From positions 31,443-95,442 of the forward strand of contig JAWANB010000001.1 of NCBI GenBank assembly GCA_038895675.1: 64,000 nucleotides of DNA, in the 5' to 3' direction. Every line of letters begins with the position of its first letter. The stretch's first letter is position 1. A program made the translations under genes and the position numbers. Below, in pieces: positions 26,588 through 35,953 of this stretch. The stretch comes from Candidatus Iainarchaeum sp. (GTDB lineage Archaea; Iainarchaeota; Iainarchaeia; Iainarchaeales; Iainarchaeaceae). Below the pieces are notes generated by a model that saw only the letters and a list, made by a program, of their open reading frames with translations, had not been told where the DNA came from and did no database searches.

Positions 26588-26953
26588 ATGAAAAAAAAAC
26601 TAAGCAAAGAACAAAGGCATGTGTGCTTTGAAAAAGGTACAGAAAAGCCTTTTACAGGAAAATTTCTTTACAACAAAAGAAAAGGGATTTATGTTTGCGT
26701 AGTTTGCGGCAACAAACTTTTTTCATCAGAAACAAAATTTGAGTCAGGAACAGGATGGCCAAGTTTTTTCGATGTAATAAACAAGAACGCAGTGTCTTTT
26801 GAAGCTGATTATAGTAATTTTATGTACAGAATAGAAGTAAAGTGCGCAAAATGTAAAGCACACTTGGGACACGTTTTTGATGATGGGCCAGAACCAACAA
26901 GAAAAAGGTATTGCATTAACTCAATTTCTTTAGATTTTATCCCAAAAAAGTAA
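26588..26953 (+). CDS. msrB: Peptide methionine sulfoxide reductase B.
   Basis: YVCVVCGNKLFSSETKFESGTGWPSF...CAKCKAHLGHVFDDGP gives two CxxC pairs plus the catalytic region of SelR/MsrB. Confidence 0.9.
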   Translation: MKKKLSKEQRHVCFEKGTEKPFTGKFLYNKRKGIYVCVVCGNKLFSSETKFESGTGWPSFFDVINKNAVSFEADYSNFMYRIEVKCAKCKAHLGHVFDDGPEPTRKRYCINSISLDFIPKK

Positions 26954-26962
26954 ATTAATAAG

Positions 26963-28081
26963 TTAAATTTTTAACAGATTTTTTTTGTTTTTCACACATT
27001 CAAAAGCTAATAAGTAAGAACCTGCACTCCAAGCCTGATGAAAGCCTCCTTGTGGCAATCCATTTACAGGGTTTATCCATTCGTTGAATTCCCACTCTTC
27101 TTTTTGTCCAATTCTGTTGGCTTCAACCAAAAGTTCAAGTTCTCTAATAGCTTCTTCATGCATTTTTAATTCTTCTAAAGCTGCAACATAAAAGCCACCT
27201 ATGAAAGGCCAAATTCCACCATTAAGGTATTGATTTGGTTGTCCAGCTAAAGAAGAATCAAAGTAATCTTTCCAATCATTCGAACCTTTTTTTATCGGAG
27301 GAAAAATAGCTCTCAAAGGATATGGCCTATCAACTTTTTTTTCCTTTATAAAAGAAATTATTTGCGTGGACTTTTCTTTGTCAGCAATACCAAAAACTAT
27401 TGCTAATAAATTACCAAGAGAATCAAACCATGTCCCTTTTTCAGAATATTCTCCATGATCTTTCCAATGCCAAGGCAAGTAATAACCTAATTTTTCATCC
27501 CACAAATACAAGTCAATGGCGCTCTTAATTTTTTTTAAGTTTTTTTCTTTAAGAGCCTTTAAAGAGGCAAAATAAAGAGCCTGAGTATTTATTGTATGAC
27601 CATAACGATGCGGAAAACAATCTTGCCAATCAGTAGTAGGTAATTGTTCAGGCAAAAAGTCTTCGCCAGCATCTTGGCAAGATACCCAATTAATTGCATT
27701 TCTAATCGAAGCATAAGATTTTTTCCACAAATCATCCCCAAACTTTTGTTTATAAAAATAATGCCCTAAAATATACCACAAGCTTGAATCAATAGTAGCA
27801 TAAGTAACCGGCTTCTCTATTGAACCAACGAAATCAACAGCATTAGGTATTTGACCATTTTTTGACTGTTTTGACTTGAGAGTCAATAGGCTTTTTTTAA
27901 AAATGCTCTTGAATGCAGAAGTGTGGAAAGAACAGCCTATCATTGAAATGCAAGAATCTCTAGCCCAAACTTGCGTATACCCGTTTTTGCCACCAGAAGC
28001 ATACAAACCGTAGTTCGTAGAACACTCTTTCAAAACAGAAACTGCTTTTTCACAACCCTTTTCTAAAATTTCTTGCATCAA
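26963..28081 (-). CDS. Six-hairpin glycoside hydrolase, amylo-alpha-1,6-glucosidase (GDE_C/GH63-like).
   Basis: YTQVWARDSCISMIG (WxRD), YLNGGIWPFIGGFYV and HQAWSAGSYLLA are typical (alpha/alpha)6 debranching-type motifs. Confidence 0.6.
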   Translation of the reverse strand: MMQEILEKGCEKAVSVLKECSTNYGLYASGGKNGYTQVWARDSCISMIGCSFHTSAFKSIFKKSLLTLKSKQSKNGQIPNAVDFVGSIEKPVTYATIDSSLWYILGHYFYKQKFGDDLWKKSYASIRNAINWVSCQDAGEDFLPEQLPTTDWQDCFPHRYGHTINTQALYFASLKALKEKNLKKIKSAIDLYLWDEKLGYYLPWHWKDHGEYSEKGTWFDSLGNLLAIVFGIADKEKSTQIISFIKEKKVDRPYPLRAIFPPIKKGSNDWKDYFDSSLAGQPNQYLNGGIWPFIGGFYVAALEELKMHEEAIRELELLVEANRIGQKEEWEFNEWINPVNGLPQGGFHQAWSAGSYLLAFECVKNKKNLLKI

Positions 28082-28120
28082 AACAAAAACAATTTTGAGC
28101 TATAAAAGAATTTTGTTTAC

Positions 28121-29416
28121 CTATCTCCAATTTATTTTCAAAAAATGTGAAGCACAACTAAAACAAGGGTCATAAGCTCTAATCAATCTCTCTAATTCCA
28201 ACCTAACTTTTTCCTTGCCTTGGTCAAGATAAAGCGGTATTAGTTCTTTCAAATCATGCTCCATGTTTATTTGGTTTTGTTGACTTGGCGTACATATTTC
28301 AGCGTGTTTAATTATTCCTTTCTCGTCAATTTCAACCATGTAATAAAGCAATCCTCTCGGAGCTTCTATTGCTCCAATTCCTTTTCCACCAATCTTTTTT
28401 GGCAAAGGCTTTTCTTCTTGCTTGAACTCTAACGATTCCAGTAAATCTATTGAACTATCAATGCAATGAACTATTTCAATCGCTTGAGCCAAATTATTGT
28501 GAAAGACATCGTGAGAAGGAAAACAAGACAAAAATTTTGAACAATCTTTTTTAGTCTTCTTATTCAAAGAACCTCTATTCAAATTAAGCCTACTCAACGC
28601 ACCAACCCTATACCTTTGTCCTTCAAACTTAAAACCAGTGCTTTGAGAATAAGGAAGTATTACCCTTTCAACGTGGTTCCAATAATGTTTTTCAGGAATA
28701 CAATAACCTTCACTACTAATTATTTCACCACTCAAAAAATCAAAGTCTTCAGAACCAAGACAAACATAGTTTGAAGGACTCTCAAAATTTAATTCTTTTT
28801 CATAAAAAAGCTCTACTAAGTCTATTACTTTATCTCTTACTTCCAACAATTTTTTAGAAACTTCTTTCATAGATGACTTTTCAGGTAATTTTGCATAACT
28901 GCCAATCATAGCAAACATTCCATGAACAGCCCTTCCTAAGACAAGAGTTGACAAAGAATTGCCACTTGCTTTAACATCAAAACAATCTTTAATCCATTTC
29001 TCATCTTTGCCTTCAAGCTCTAATATAGAGTCTTTACCAAAAAGGTCAGGCAAAGAAAAAAGGTACAAGTGCATTGCATGATCCCTAATATTTAAACCAT
29101 ACATGGTTAATTTTCGCAAAAGTATTGTTTGCTCACTAGGTTCAATGGCTAACGCATTTTCGAAAGCTTCAATCGAACAATTAAGATGCGCAATACTACA
29201 AGTACCACAAATTCTTGAAACTAATTGTGGGACAGAATTGTAATGCTTACCTCTTATTGCTTGAGTATAAAACCTCTTATTTTCGTTGACTTTAAGCTTT
29301 AAATCTTCTACCTTGCTATTTCTTACTTTTATGTCCAGTTCTGCATGGCCTTCTATCTTAGAAATAGGGTCTATTACTAAGTCAAAGTCATGGTCATGTT
29401 CAAGCGAGCCGTGCAT
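28121..29416 (-). CDS. [NiFe]-hydrogenase large subunit (group 3-like).
   Basis: N-terminal L1 motif RICGTCSIAH and C-terminal L2 motif DPCFSCASH, followed by a short extension (FLKINWR) for proteolytic maturation. The track ORF starts 20 codons upstream. A Met at 29414-29416 abuts the small-subunit stop. Confidence 0.85.
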   Translation of the reverse strand: MHGSLEHDHDFDLVIDPISKIEGHAELDIKVRNSKVEDLKLKVNENKRFYTQAIRGKHYNSVPQLVSRICGTCSIAHLNCSIEAFENALAIEPSEQTILLRKLTMYGLNIRDHAMHLYLFSLPDLFGKDSILELEGKDEKWIKDCFDVKASGNSLSTLVLGRAVHGMFAMIGSYAKLPEKSSMKEVSKKLLEVRDKVIDLVELFYEKELNFESPSNYVCLGSEDFDFLSGEIISSEGYCIPEKHYWNHVERVILPYSQSTGFKFEGQRYRVGALSRLNLNRGSLNKKTKKDCSKFLSCFPSHDVFHNNLAQAIEIVHCIDSSIDLLESLEFKQEEKPLPKKIGGKGIGAIEAPRGLLYYMVEIDEKGIIKHAEICTPSQQNQINMEHDLKELIPLYLDQGKEKVRLELERLIRAYDPCFSCASHFLKINWR

Positions 29417-29417
29417 T

Positions 29418-29897
29418 TTATTCCACTCCAAATTCTTTAAAATAATTTTCCATAATTTGAATAAACTTTTCCTCAATTATAGGACAACCTGGCACTTCAG
29501 CATCAACTTTAATGTACTTTCCAATAGGCTCTACAGAAGGCAAATGACTAAATCTTTCTAAAATAGGCTTTATTTCTTCTAACCTTTCCTTGTCAAAAAA
29601 GTTTCTATTATTGCTTGGGCTTCCGTTTATTGCACAACTTCCAATAGCAACAACTTTTTTTGCCTTATCCCTTATTTCTTGCAAAAGCTTCAATTCTTTG
29701 CTATTAGAAATAGCTCCTTCTACAAAAGCAACGTCAAGGTCATTCATAGTGTTGTTGGCTTTTAAAATTCTTGCATAAACAAAATCAACCTTGTCTTTCC
29801 AATCCTTTAGCTTGTAATTCAATATTTCAACAAAAGTAATTACACAACCTTCATCACCAGTAAAAGAAAAAATTCCAACACGCAATTTCTTGCCCAT
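29418..29897 (-). CDS. [NiFe]-hydrogenase small subunit, truncated group-3 delta-like, with the proximal-cluster domain only.
   Basis: 159 aa. KLRVGIFSFTGDEGCVI, DVAFVEGAISNS...KKVVAIGSCAINGS and KYIKVDAEVPGCPI align to the N-terminal flavodoxin-like half of group-3 small subunits. The C-terminal medial/distal cluster domain is absent. The first Cys of the CxGC motif is Asp. Confidence 0.7.
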   Translation of the reverse strand: MGKKLRVGIFSFTGDEGCVITFVEILNYKLKDWKDKVDFVYARILKANNTMNDLDVAFVEGAISNSKELKLLQEIRDKAKKVVAIGSCAINGSPSNNRNFFDKERLEEIKPILERFSHLPSVEPIGKYIKVDAEVPGCPIIEEKFIQIMENYFKEFGVE

Positions 29898-29928
29898 TAT
29901 AATAAAGTACTACTTTTAGTATATTAAT

Positions 29929-30312
29929 TTATTTTGACTCAAATTCTTCTAATATTTTTACTACACCAGCAAAAACTTCTTTTTCATTAGCTTTTCTTGG
30001 CACGCAAATCAATTTTACTGAGTCAATAAGATTTGCTTTTTTCAACAACTTTAAAGTAATTCCTAAGTCAAAGTCATGTAAAGAAAAAATCTTATTAGTC
30101 AAAATTTTGTCAAGGTCCTCTAACAAGACAACATCTTTAATGCCTTCAGCAGAATCAATTATGATAAGATTTTTTCCTTCTAATTGTAAATCCTCGCTTG
30201 GATCGATTTCTTTAAACTCTATTTTTGGAAATACTTTTTTCAATTTTGGCAAAATTCTCAATGGTAAAGAATCGTACTTTAGCAATGGATTTCCAACAAT
30301 GAGAACCTTCAT
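29929..30312 (-). CDS. Hydrogenase maturation endopeptidase (HycI/HybD family).
   Basis: VLIVGNPLLKYDSLPLRI, IIIDSAEG and SLHDFDLGITLKLL match the HycI-type protease motifs. Confidence 0.65.
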   Translation of the reverse strand: MKVLIVGNPLLKYDSLPLRILPKLKKVFPKIEFKEIDPSEDLQLEGKNLIIIDSAEGIKDVVLLEDLDKILTNKIFSLHDFDLGITLKLLKKANLIDSVKLICVPRKANEKEVFAGVVKILEEFESK

Positions 30313-30352
30313 AGAATAGTTTTTTATTATGAATTATTTTTAATAAAGTCAC

Positions 30353-31273
30353 ATGAAAACCAATACAGGTATAATATTAGTTTTATGCACTGCTCTTGTA
30401 AGTGGCGTGTCTGTTTTTTTGAATTCTTTTGCTGTCCAACAAATAGACCCGTTTAATTTGACTTTTATAAGAAATTCTTTAGTCGCAATAATGCTTTTTT
30501 CAATAATAATACTTATTAAAGAATACAAGCATTTAGAAAAACTTAATTTTGACCAATGGAAAATTCTGTTTGCCATAGGCTTAATAGGTGGGAGCATACC
30601 ATTTTTACTTTTCTTTTATGCATTAAAATCAATTAGCTCCACTTCGGCTGGTTTTATTCACAAAACTTTATTCATTTATGTTGCCATTTTAGCAATGGTA
30701 TTTCTCAAAGAAAAACTTTCATTAAAATTTTGGTTTGGCGCATTACTAATTTTCTTAGGAAACCTCTTGCTTTTTTCAGGAGACCTGAAAGCAGATTTTC
30801 CATTTTTGTTAGTTTTTGTAGCCACGATACTTTGGGCAATTGAAAATGTCATTTCGAAATATGCAATAAAAGAAAAAGAAATTAGTCCTAATATAGTCGC
30901 TTTTGGCAGAATGTTTTTCGGTAGCATTTTCATGCTAATAATTTTATCTTCAATTGGAGCTATAAAAACACCAACTTTTGAAATAACTCAATGGCTATGG
31001 TTATTAGCAACAACAGCATTGTTGTTCTTGTATGTATTAACATATTACAATAGCCTAAAATACATAGAAGTGTCAAAAGCTTCTGCGATAATAATGTTAG
31101 CACAACCAATAACAGCTTTACTTTCTCTTTTATTTTTAGGAAAAAATCTGACTTTGCAACAAGGAATAGGTCTTACACTAATGGTAATAGGAGTTATACT
31201 AATAATAGGATTTCAATTTATATTTCAAAACTTTTCTTATAGGGGATCAATAGTTGCACAAAAAAGAAATTGA
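30353..31273 (+). CDS. EamA/DMT-family transporter.
   Basis: 306 aa with 10 hydrophobic helices forming two EamA repeats. Confidence 0.6.
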   Translation: MKTNTGIILVLCTALVSGVSVFLNSFAVQQIDPFNLTFIRNSLVAIMLFSIIILIKEYKHLEKLNFDQWKILFAIGLIGGSIPFLLFFYALKSISSTSAGFIHKTLFIYVAILAMVFLKEKLSLKFWFGALLIFLGNLLLFSGDLKADFPFLLVFVATILWAIENVISKYAIKEKEISPNIVAFGRMFFGSIFMLIILSSIGAIKTPTFEITQWLWLLATTALLFLYVLTYYNSLKYIEVSKASAIIMLAQPITALLSLLFLGKNLTLQQGIGLTLMVIGVILIIGFQFIFQNFSYRGSIVAQKRN

Positions 31274-31979
31274 AGGATTAAAAATTTTGTGCAAGTATTC
31301 AAGCATACCAAACAGCTTAGGGTATTGTGGAAAAGAAAATAGTTATGTTCTTTTCAACTCATTTCTAAAGAAACCAACAAAAGAAAAAGGCAAAAAAATA
31401 AAAAAAATAATCAAAACTTTTGTAGGTTTATCACCTTATTTACGAATTATATCAGACTCAAATGGCTTAACAGAATTTGATGAAGAAGTTGCACAAGCTT
31501 ATTGGTTAGGTAATAAGTTGCTTGACAACATTGACAAAGAAGAACTCAAAAAAATGATATTAGAAGATTTTACAAAACCTGGCATGTTGCCTTATTATAT
31601 TGCAGAACAAAAAGCCAATAATTTGAAATCAAAAGTTTTTCCAAACCACTCATTTCACGTTCTTTATATAAACTTTGTAACAAAAAAAGTAAAGCCAATT
31701 TTAAGCAATTTAAATAATTGTTTAATAAAACCAGCGATCTATAAAGACAAAAATTTTTTTATAACAACAAAATTATCCTTAGTCAAAGACAAGCTTGACC
31801 TAAAAAAGACTATTAAAAAATTTGAAACACAAAAAAAATGTTTTTCTGAAAAAATTTTTTCAACACATTGGAATACTCTAGTTGATGAAATAACTAAAGA
31901 AGAGCAAAAAAATTTGGAAAAATACACTAACAAAAATTTGAATTTAGCTAATTCTTGCTTGCAATCTTCCAAGAGTTAA
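31254..31979 (+). CDS. Hypothetical Lys-rich protein.
   Basis: 241-aa ORF with no recognisable domain. Its 3' end overlaps hypC convergently by 32 nt. Confidence 0.35.
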   Translation: MHKKEIEGLKILCKYSSIPNSLGYCGKENSYVLFNSFLKKPTKEKGKKIKKIIKTFVGLSPYLRIISDSNGLTEFDEEVAQAYWLGNKLLDNIDKEELKKMILEDFTKPGMLPYYIAEQKANNLKSKVFPNHSFHVLYINFVTKKVKPILSNLNNCLIKPAIYKDKNFFITTKLSLVKDKLDLKKTIKKFETQKKCFSEKIFSTHWNTLVDEITKEEQKNLEKYTNKNLNLANSCLQSSKS

Positions 31980-32163
31980 AAGCATTTTCTGCTGTTTCGC
32001 TATCTATTTTTTCGACTACTGTTTTTTGTTGTATCAAAACCCAATCCCCTTTTTTAGCCTTTATTAAATTATAAGCACTAACAATTTTTTTTCCATAACC
32101 TATTACTGCTATTTTACCTTTTTCTCTCAAACTTACTACTTTTCCAGGAACAGCTAAACACAT
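31948..32163 (-). CDS. hypC: Hydrogenase assembly chaperone HypC/HupF.
   Basis: Starts MCLAVPGKVV, the invariant N-terminal Cys-2 motif of HypC. 71 aa with a beta-barrel-type sequence. Confidence 0.85.
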   Translation of the reverse strand: MCLAVPGKVVSLREKGKIAVIGYGKKIVSAYNLIKAKKGDWVLIQQKTVVEKIDSETAENAFNSWKIASKN

Positions 32164-32245
32164 GATACGATAATATTACTACAAAACTAAAAATCTTGTG
32201 CAAAAGCATTATTCTTTATTAATTCTTTTTCTTATGTGTTTTCTA

Positions 32246-32896
32246 ATGAACTTGATTCTTTTAGGACCGCCTGGAACTGGAAAGGGCACGATAGCCAAAT
32301 TTATAGAAAAAAGGTTTAATTGTACGCATATTTCCACTGGCGATTTGCTTAGAGAAGAAGTTGCTTCTCAAACAGAGTTAGGGAAAAAAATAGCCCCTAT
32401 AATGGCATCGGGAAAACTTGTTGAAGATGAGATAGTAGTAAAACTGGTTATTGAAAAAATTTCTAAATTGAAAAGAAATTTTGTATTGGACGGTTTCCCT
32501 AGAAACATTAATCAAGGTGAACACCTTGACTATCTCTTAAAAGAATTAGGAATCAGGGTTGATGCAGTTTTGGAAATAGATTCAAGCGAAGATGTTATAA
32601 TAAAAAGACTTGCAGCAAGACGACAATGTGTCAAATGTAAAAGGATTTATGGTCTTGACGTTCCTTCAAAAGAAGAAGGCAAATGTGATGATTGTCATTC
32701 TGAAACAATTTTAAGAGAAGACGATAAACCGGAAGTAGTAAAAAAAAGGTTAAAACTTTACAATGAAACAACAAAGCCTTTAATAGAATTTTATAAAAAC
32801 AAGAAAATTTTGATAAAAGTTGATGGAAATAGGCCATTACAACAAATATTTGAAGAAATTGAAAAAATTGTTTTAAAAATAGAGGAAAAAAAATGA
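32246..32896 (+). CDS. adk: Adenylate kinase with a zinc-binding LID.
   Basis: NLILLGPPGTGKGT P-loop, FPRN, and LID CVKCKRIYG...CDDCHSE. The track ORF starts 16 codons earlier. Confidence 0.9.
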   Translation: MNLILLGPPGTGKGTIAKFIEKRFNCTHISTGDLLREEVASQTELGKKIAPIMASGKLVEDEIVVKLVIEKISKLKRNFVLDGFPRNINQGEHLDYLLKELGIRVDAVLEIDSSEDVIIKRLAARRQCVKCKRIYGLDVPSKEEGKCDDCHSETILREDDKPEVVKKRLKLYNETTKPLIEFYKNKKILIKVDGNRPLQQIFEEIEKIVLKIEEKK

Positions 32897-33798
32897 CAAA
32901 AGTAATAGTTTTTGGAACTATAGCACTTGATGACATAAAAACGCCTTTTGGCAAAGTAACATCTGTTCCAGGCGGTTCAGCATTATACGCTTCAATAGCT
33001 TGTTCTTTTTTTTCAAACGTAGGAATTTTAAGTGCTGTTGGAAATGATTTTCCAGAAAAAGAAAAAAAGTTTTTACAAAATAAAAAAATAAGTTTAGATG
33101 GCTTAGAAAATTTTTCTGGTAAAACCTTTCATTGGGCTGGATACTATGACCTTGACATTAACAACGCCATAACCTTAAAAACAGACTTAAATATCATAAA
33201 AAAATATTATCCGAAAGTGCCTGACGAATATAAAAACACTGATTTTCTTTTTCTTGCAAATATGGATCCTGAACTACAACTTGAAGTACTAAAACAATTT
33301 AAGAAAAAACCAAAGTTTGTAGTGTCCGATACTATGAATCTTTGGATTTCAAAGAAAAGAAAAAAAGTTTTGGAAATAGTAAAAATTTCAGACATAGCTT
33401 TAATGAATGATAGCGAAGCAAGACAACTTTTCAAAACATCAAATTTGGCAGTAGCCGCTAAAGAAATTTTAAAATTAGATTCTAAAATAGCAATAATAAA
33501 AAAAGGCGAACATGGTTGTGTAGCTTTCACTAAAAAAACATTTTTTTCTTGTCCTGGCTATCCTTTAGAGAACATTGTTGATCCAACAGGTTCTGGAGAT
33601 TGTTTTGGTGGAGCACTTATAGGTTATCTTGCAAAAACTGAAGATTTTTCAGAAAAAAACATTAGAAAAGCAATAGTTTACGGTTCTTGCATAGCATCTT
33701 TTAATGCCGAAGCATTTTCAACAGAAAAACTGAAAAAAATAAGTTTGAAAGAAATAAATAAAAGGTACAAAGAGTTTTCAAATTTTGTAAAATTTTAA
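32893..33798 (+). CDS. PfkB/ribokinase-family carbohydrate or nucleoside kinase.
   Basis: VIVFGTIALDDIKTP...PGGSALYASIA and DPTGSGDCFGGALIGYL (anion-hole motif). Overlaps adk by 4 nt. Confidence 0.7.
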   Translation: MTKVIVFGTIALDDIKTPFGKVTSVPGGSALYASIACSFFSNVGILSAVGNDFPEKEKKFLQNKKISLDGLENFSGKTFHWAGYYDLDINNAITLKTDLNIIKKYYPKVPDEYKNTDFLFLANMDPELQLEVLKQFKKKPKFVVSDTMNLWISKKRKKVLEIVKISDIALMNDSEARQLFKTSNLAVAAKEILKLDSKIAIIKKGEHGCVAFTKKTFFSCPGYPLENIVDPTGSGDCFGGALIGYLAKTEDFSEKNIRKAIVYGSCIASFNAEAFSTEKLKKISLKEINKRYKEFSNFVKF

Positions 33799-33801
33799 GT
33801 T

Positions 33802-35049
33802 TCAAGTGCCTTCTTTCCAATTTGAAAGATAATTTTGTTGTTCTTTTGTTAGAGAGTCTATTCTTATTCCCATTGCTTTTAGTTGAAGCTTTGCAATTTC
33901 TTTGTCTATTTCTTTAGGTAAGACATGCAAACCTACATTTAATTTGTTTTTTACACCATATTCTACTGCCAAAGCTTGTCCACAAAAACTCAAAGCCATG
34001 ACAGTTGAAGGATGTCCTTCAGCAGAACCTAAATTAACTAACCTTCCTTCAGCACACAAATAAATTTTTTTGTTATTTTTTAAAGTGTATTCATCTAATT
34101 GCCATCTCATTCTCTTTTTTTGGACAGAAATTTCTTCTAAACCTTTAACGTCTATTTCTATATCAAAGTGCCCAGAATTTGCTAATATGACATTATTCTT
34201 CATTTTTTCAAAGTCTTGTTTCTTTATCACATGTTTATTTCCAGTAACAGTAATAAAAACATCACCAATAGGCAAAGAATCTTGCAACGGCATTACTTCA
34301 TAACCATCCATTTTAGCTTGTAAAGCTTTGATAGGATCTACCTCAATGACTATTACATTACTCCCTAATCCTCTTGCTCTTGTTGCAACCCCTTTACCAC
34401 AATTACCATAACCAATAACCACAACATTTTTTCCAGCAAACAAAATATTTGTTGACCTAATTATTCCATCTAAAGTGCTTTGTCCAGTACCATAATAATT
34501 ATCAAACAAATGCTTTGTTTCATTATCATTTACTGCTATTACAGGATACTTCAGGGCTTTTTCATTTTCCATTGCTCTAAGCCTTATTACTCCAGTCGTA
34601 GTTTCTTCTGTTCCTACTTTTATGTTTTTAAGCAGTTCTGGCCTTTTAGTGTGAATTTGTGTGACAAGGTCTAATCCATCATCTATAGTTATAGTAGGTT
34701 CAAAATCCAAAACTTTGTTTATGTACTTATAATATTCTTCTCTTGTTTCGCCTTTTTTTGCAAATACTTTTATACCTTCAGAAACTAGGGCAGCAGCCAC
34801 ATCGTCTTGAGTGCTCAAAGGATTACAACTTGTTATAGCTACTTTTGCGCCACCAGCAACCAAGGTTTTTACCAGCACTGCAGTTTCTTTAGTAACATGC
34901 AAAGCAATTCCTATTTTTTCGCCTTTCAAAGGCTTTTCCCGTTCAAACCTTTTTTTTATTTCTAACAAAGCACCCATTTGAGACTCGGCCCAAGCAATAT
35001 TCATTTTGCCTTGTTCTGCCAATTTAATGTCCTTAATTTCATAATCCAA
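33802..35049 (-). CDS. ahcY: S-adenosyl-L-homocysteine hydrolase.
   Basis: YEIKDIKLAEQGKMNIAWAESQMGALLEIKKRF...KGEKIGIALHVTKETAVL plus an NAD-binding GYGNCGKG, characteristic of AhcY. Confidence 0.9.
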   Translation of the reverse strand: MDYEIKDIKLAEQGKMNIAWAESQMGALLEIKKRFEREKPLKGEKIGIALHVTKETAVLVKTLVAGGAKVAITSCNPLSTQDDVAAALVSEGIKVFAKKGETREEYYKYINKVLDFEPTITIDDGLDLVTQIHTKRPELLKNIKVGTEETTTGVIRLRAMENEKALKYPVIAVNDNETKHLFDNYYGTGQSTLDGIIRSTNILFAGKNVVVIGYGNCGKGVATRARGLGSNVIVIEVDPIKALQAKMDGYEVMPLQDSLPIGDVFITVTGNKHVIKKQDFEKMKNNVILANSGHFDIEIDVKGLEEISVQKKRMRWQLDEYTLKNNKKIYLCAEGRLVNLGSAEGHPSTVMALSFCGQALAVEYGVKNKLNVGLHVLPKEIDKEIAKLQLKAMGIRIDSLTKEQQNYLSNWKEGT

Positions 35050-35101
35050 TTAAAACACCTTAAAACAAAACCCAGTTAACAAAATAAAAACATATAGTTA
35101 C

Positions 35102-35374
35102 TTACAACACCTTAAAACCATTTTCACCTTTTGGGTTCTTAATTTCACTTTTTATTTCTTCCACTCTTGCTAAAAAAGGCCCTTTATAAAGTTCTTTTAG
35201 GAGTTCTTCCAAAGCTTTGGAATTTCCTTCTGCTACTACTTCAACGTCACCGTTAGGCAAATTTTTGGCATAACCATTAATGCCTAATTGGGCGGCTTTC
35301 AATTTTACAAATAACCTATAGCCGACACCTTGCACTCTGCCCTTGACCATTGCTTCAAGTCTTTGCTTAGTCAT
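35102..35374 (-). CDS. acyP: Acylphosphatase.
   Basis: VKGRVQGVGYRLFV...GYAKNLPNGDVEVVAEG is the acylphosphatase signature. Confidence 0.85.
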   Translation of the reverse strand: MTKQRLEAMVKGRVQGVGYRLFVKLKAAQLGINGYAKNLPNGDVEVVAEGNSKALEELLKELYKGPFLARVEEIKSEIKNPKGENGFKVL

Positions 35375-35823
35375 TGAACATTAATAATAGCTTCCTTATT
35401 GAACTTAGTATCGTCTATTATTGTTTCAGCGACAATTACATAACTACCAGGCAAAATTTTTGATATTGGATTAATCACAAAAACTATTTCCCTTGAAGTG
35501 CCTTTTGATAAGTAATTAATTTTGCCTTCAAATTGCGAGTTCAAAGGAAAAATATCAAATTCTGTTTTTTCTTTAGCAAAAATTCTCAAAGGAACACTCT
35601 CAAGATCTTTATCAGTATTATTGGTTATTCTTACAATTACTTTAGAAGTTTCATTTGCCTTTATAGGATTTTTTTCAAACATTATTTCGATTGGATTTTT
35701 ATTATTACTAATTGACTGAAAAAGCATAAACAATAAAATTAACAGAATTAAGCCTAACAAAATCAGCCCAAAATACTTTTTTTTAATTTCATCCAAATCA
35801 AACCTATCTTCATATATGCTCAT
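35371..35823 (-). CDS. Hypothetical membrane-anchored protein.
   Basis: 150 aa with an N-terminal TM (FGLILLGLILLILLFMLF). No domain recognised. Overlaps acyP by 4 nt. Confidence 0.45.
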   Translation of the reverse strand: MSIYEDRFDLDEIKKKYFGLILLGLILLILLFMLFQSISNNKNPIEIMFEKNPIKANETSKVIVRITNNTDKDLESVPLRIFAKEKTEFDIFPLNSQFEGKINYLSKGTSREIVFVINPISKILPGSYVIVAETIIDDTKFNKEAIINVQ

Positions 35824-35953
35824 GAAAAAAATAGAATAACTAAATAATTTAAATTAATTGATTTTATAAAAAACACTAAAAAATAGTATTTAAACAAAAG
35901 CCAAAGCTCAAATAAGCATAAAAACAACTAACTCTAATTTATAAGTACCAATT

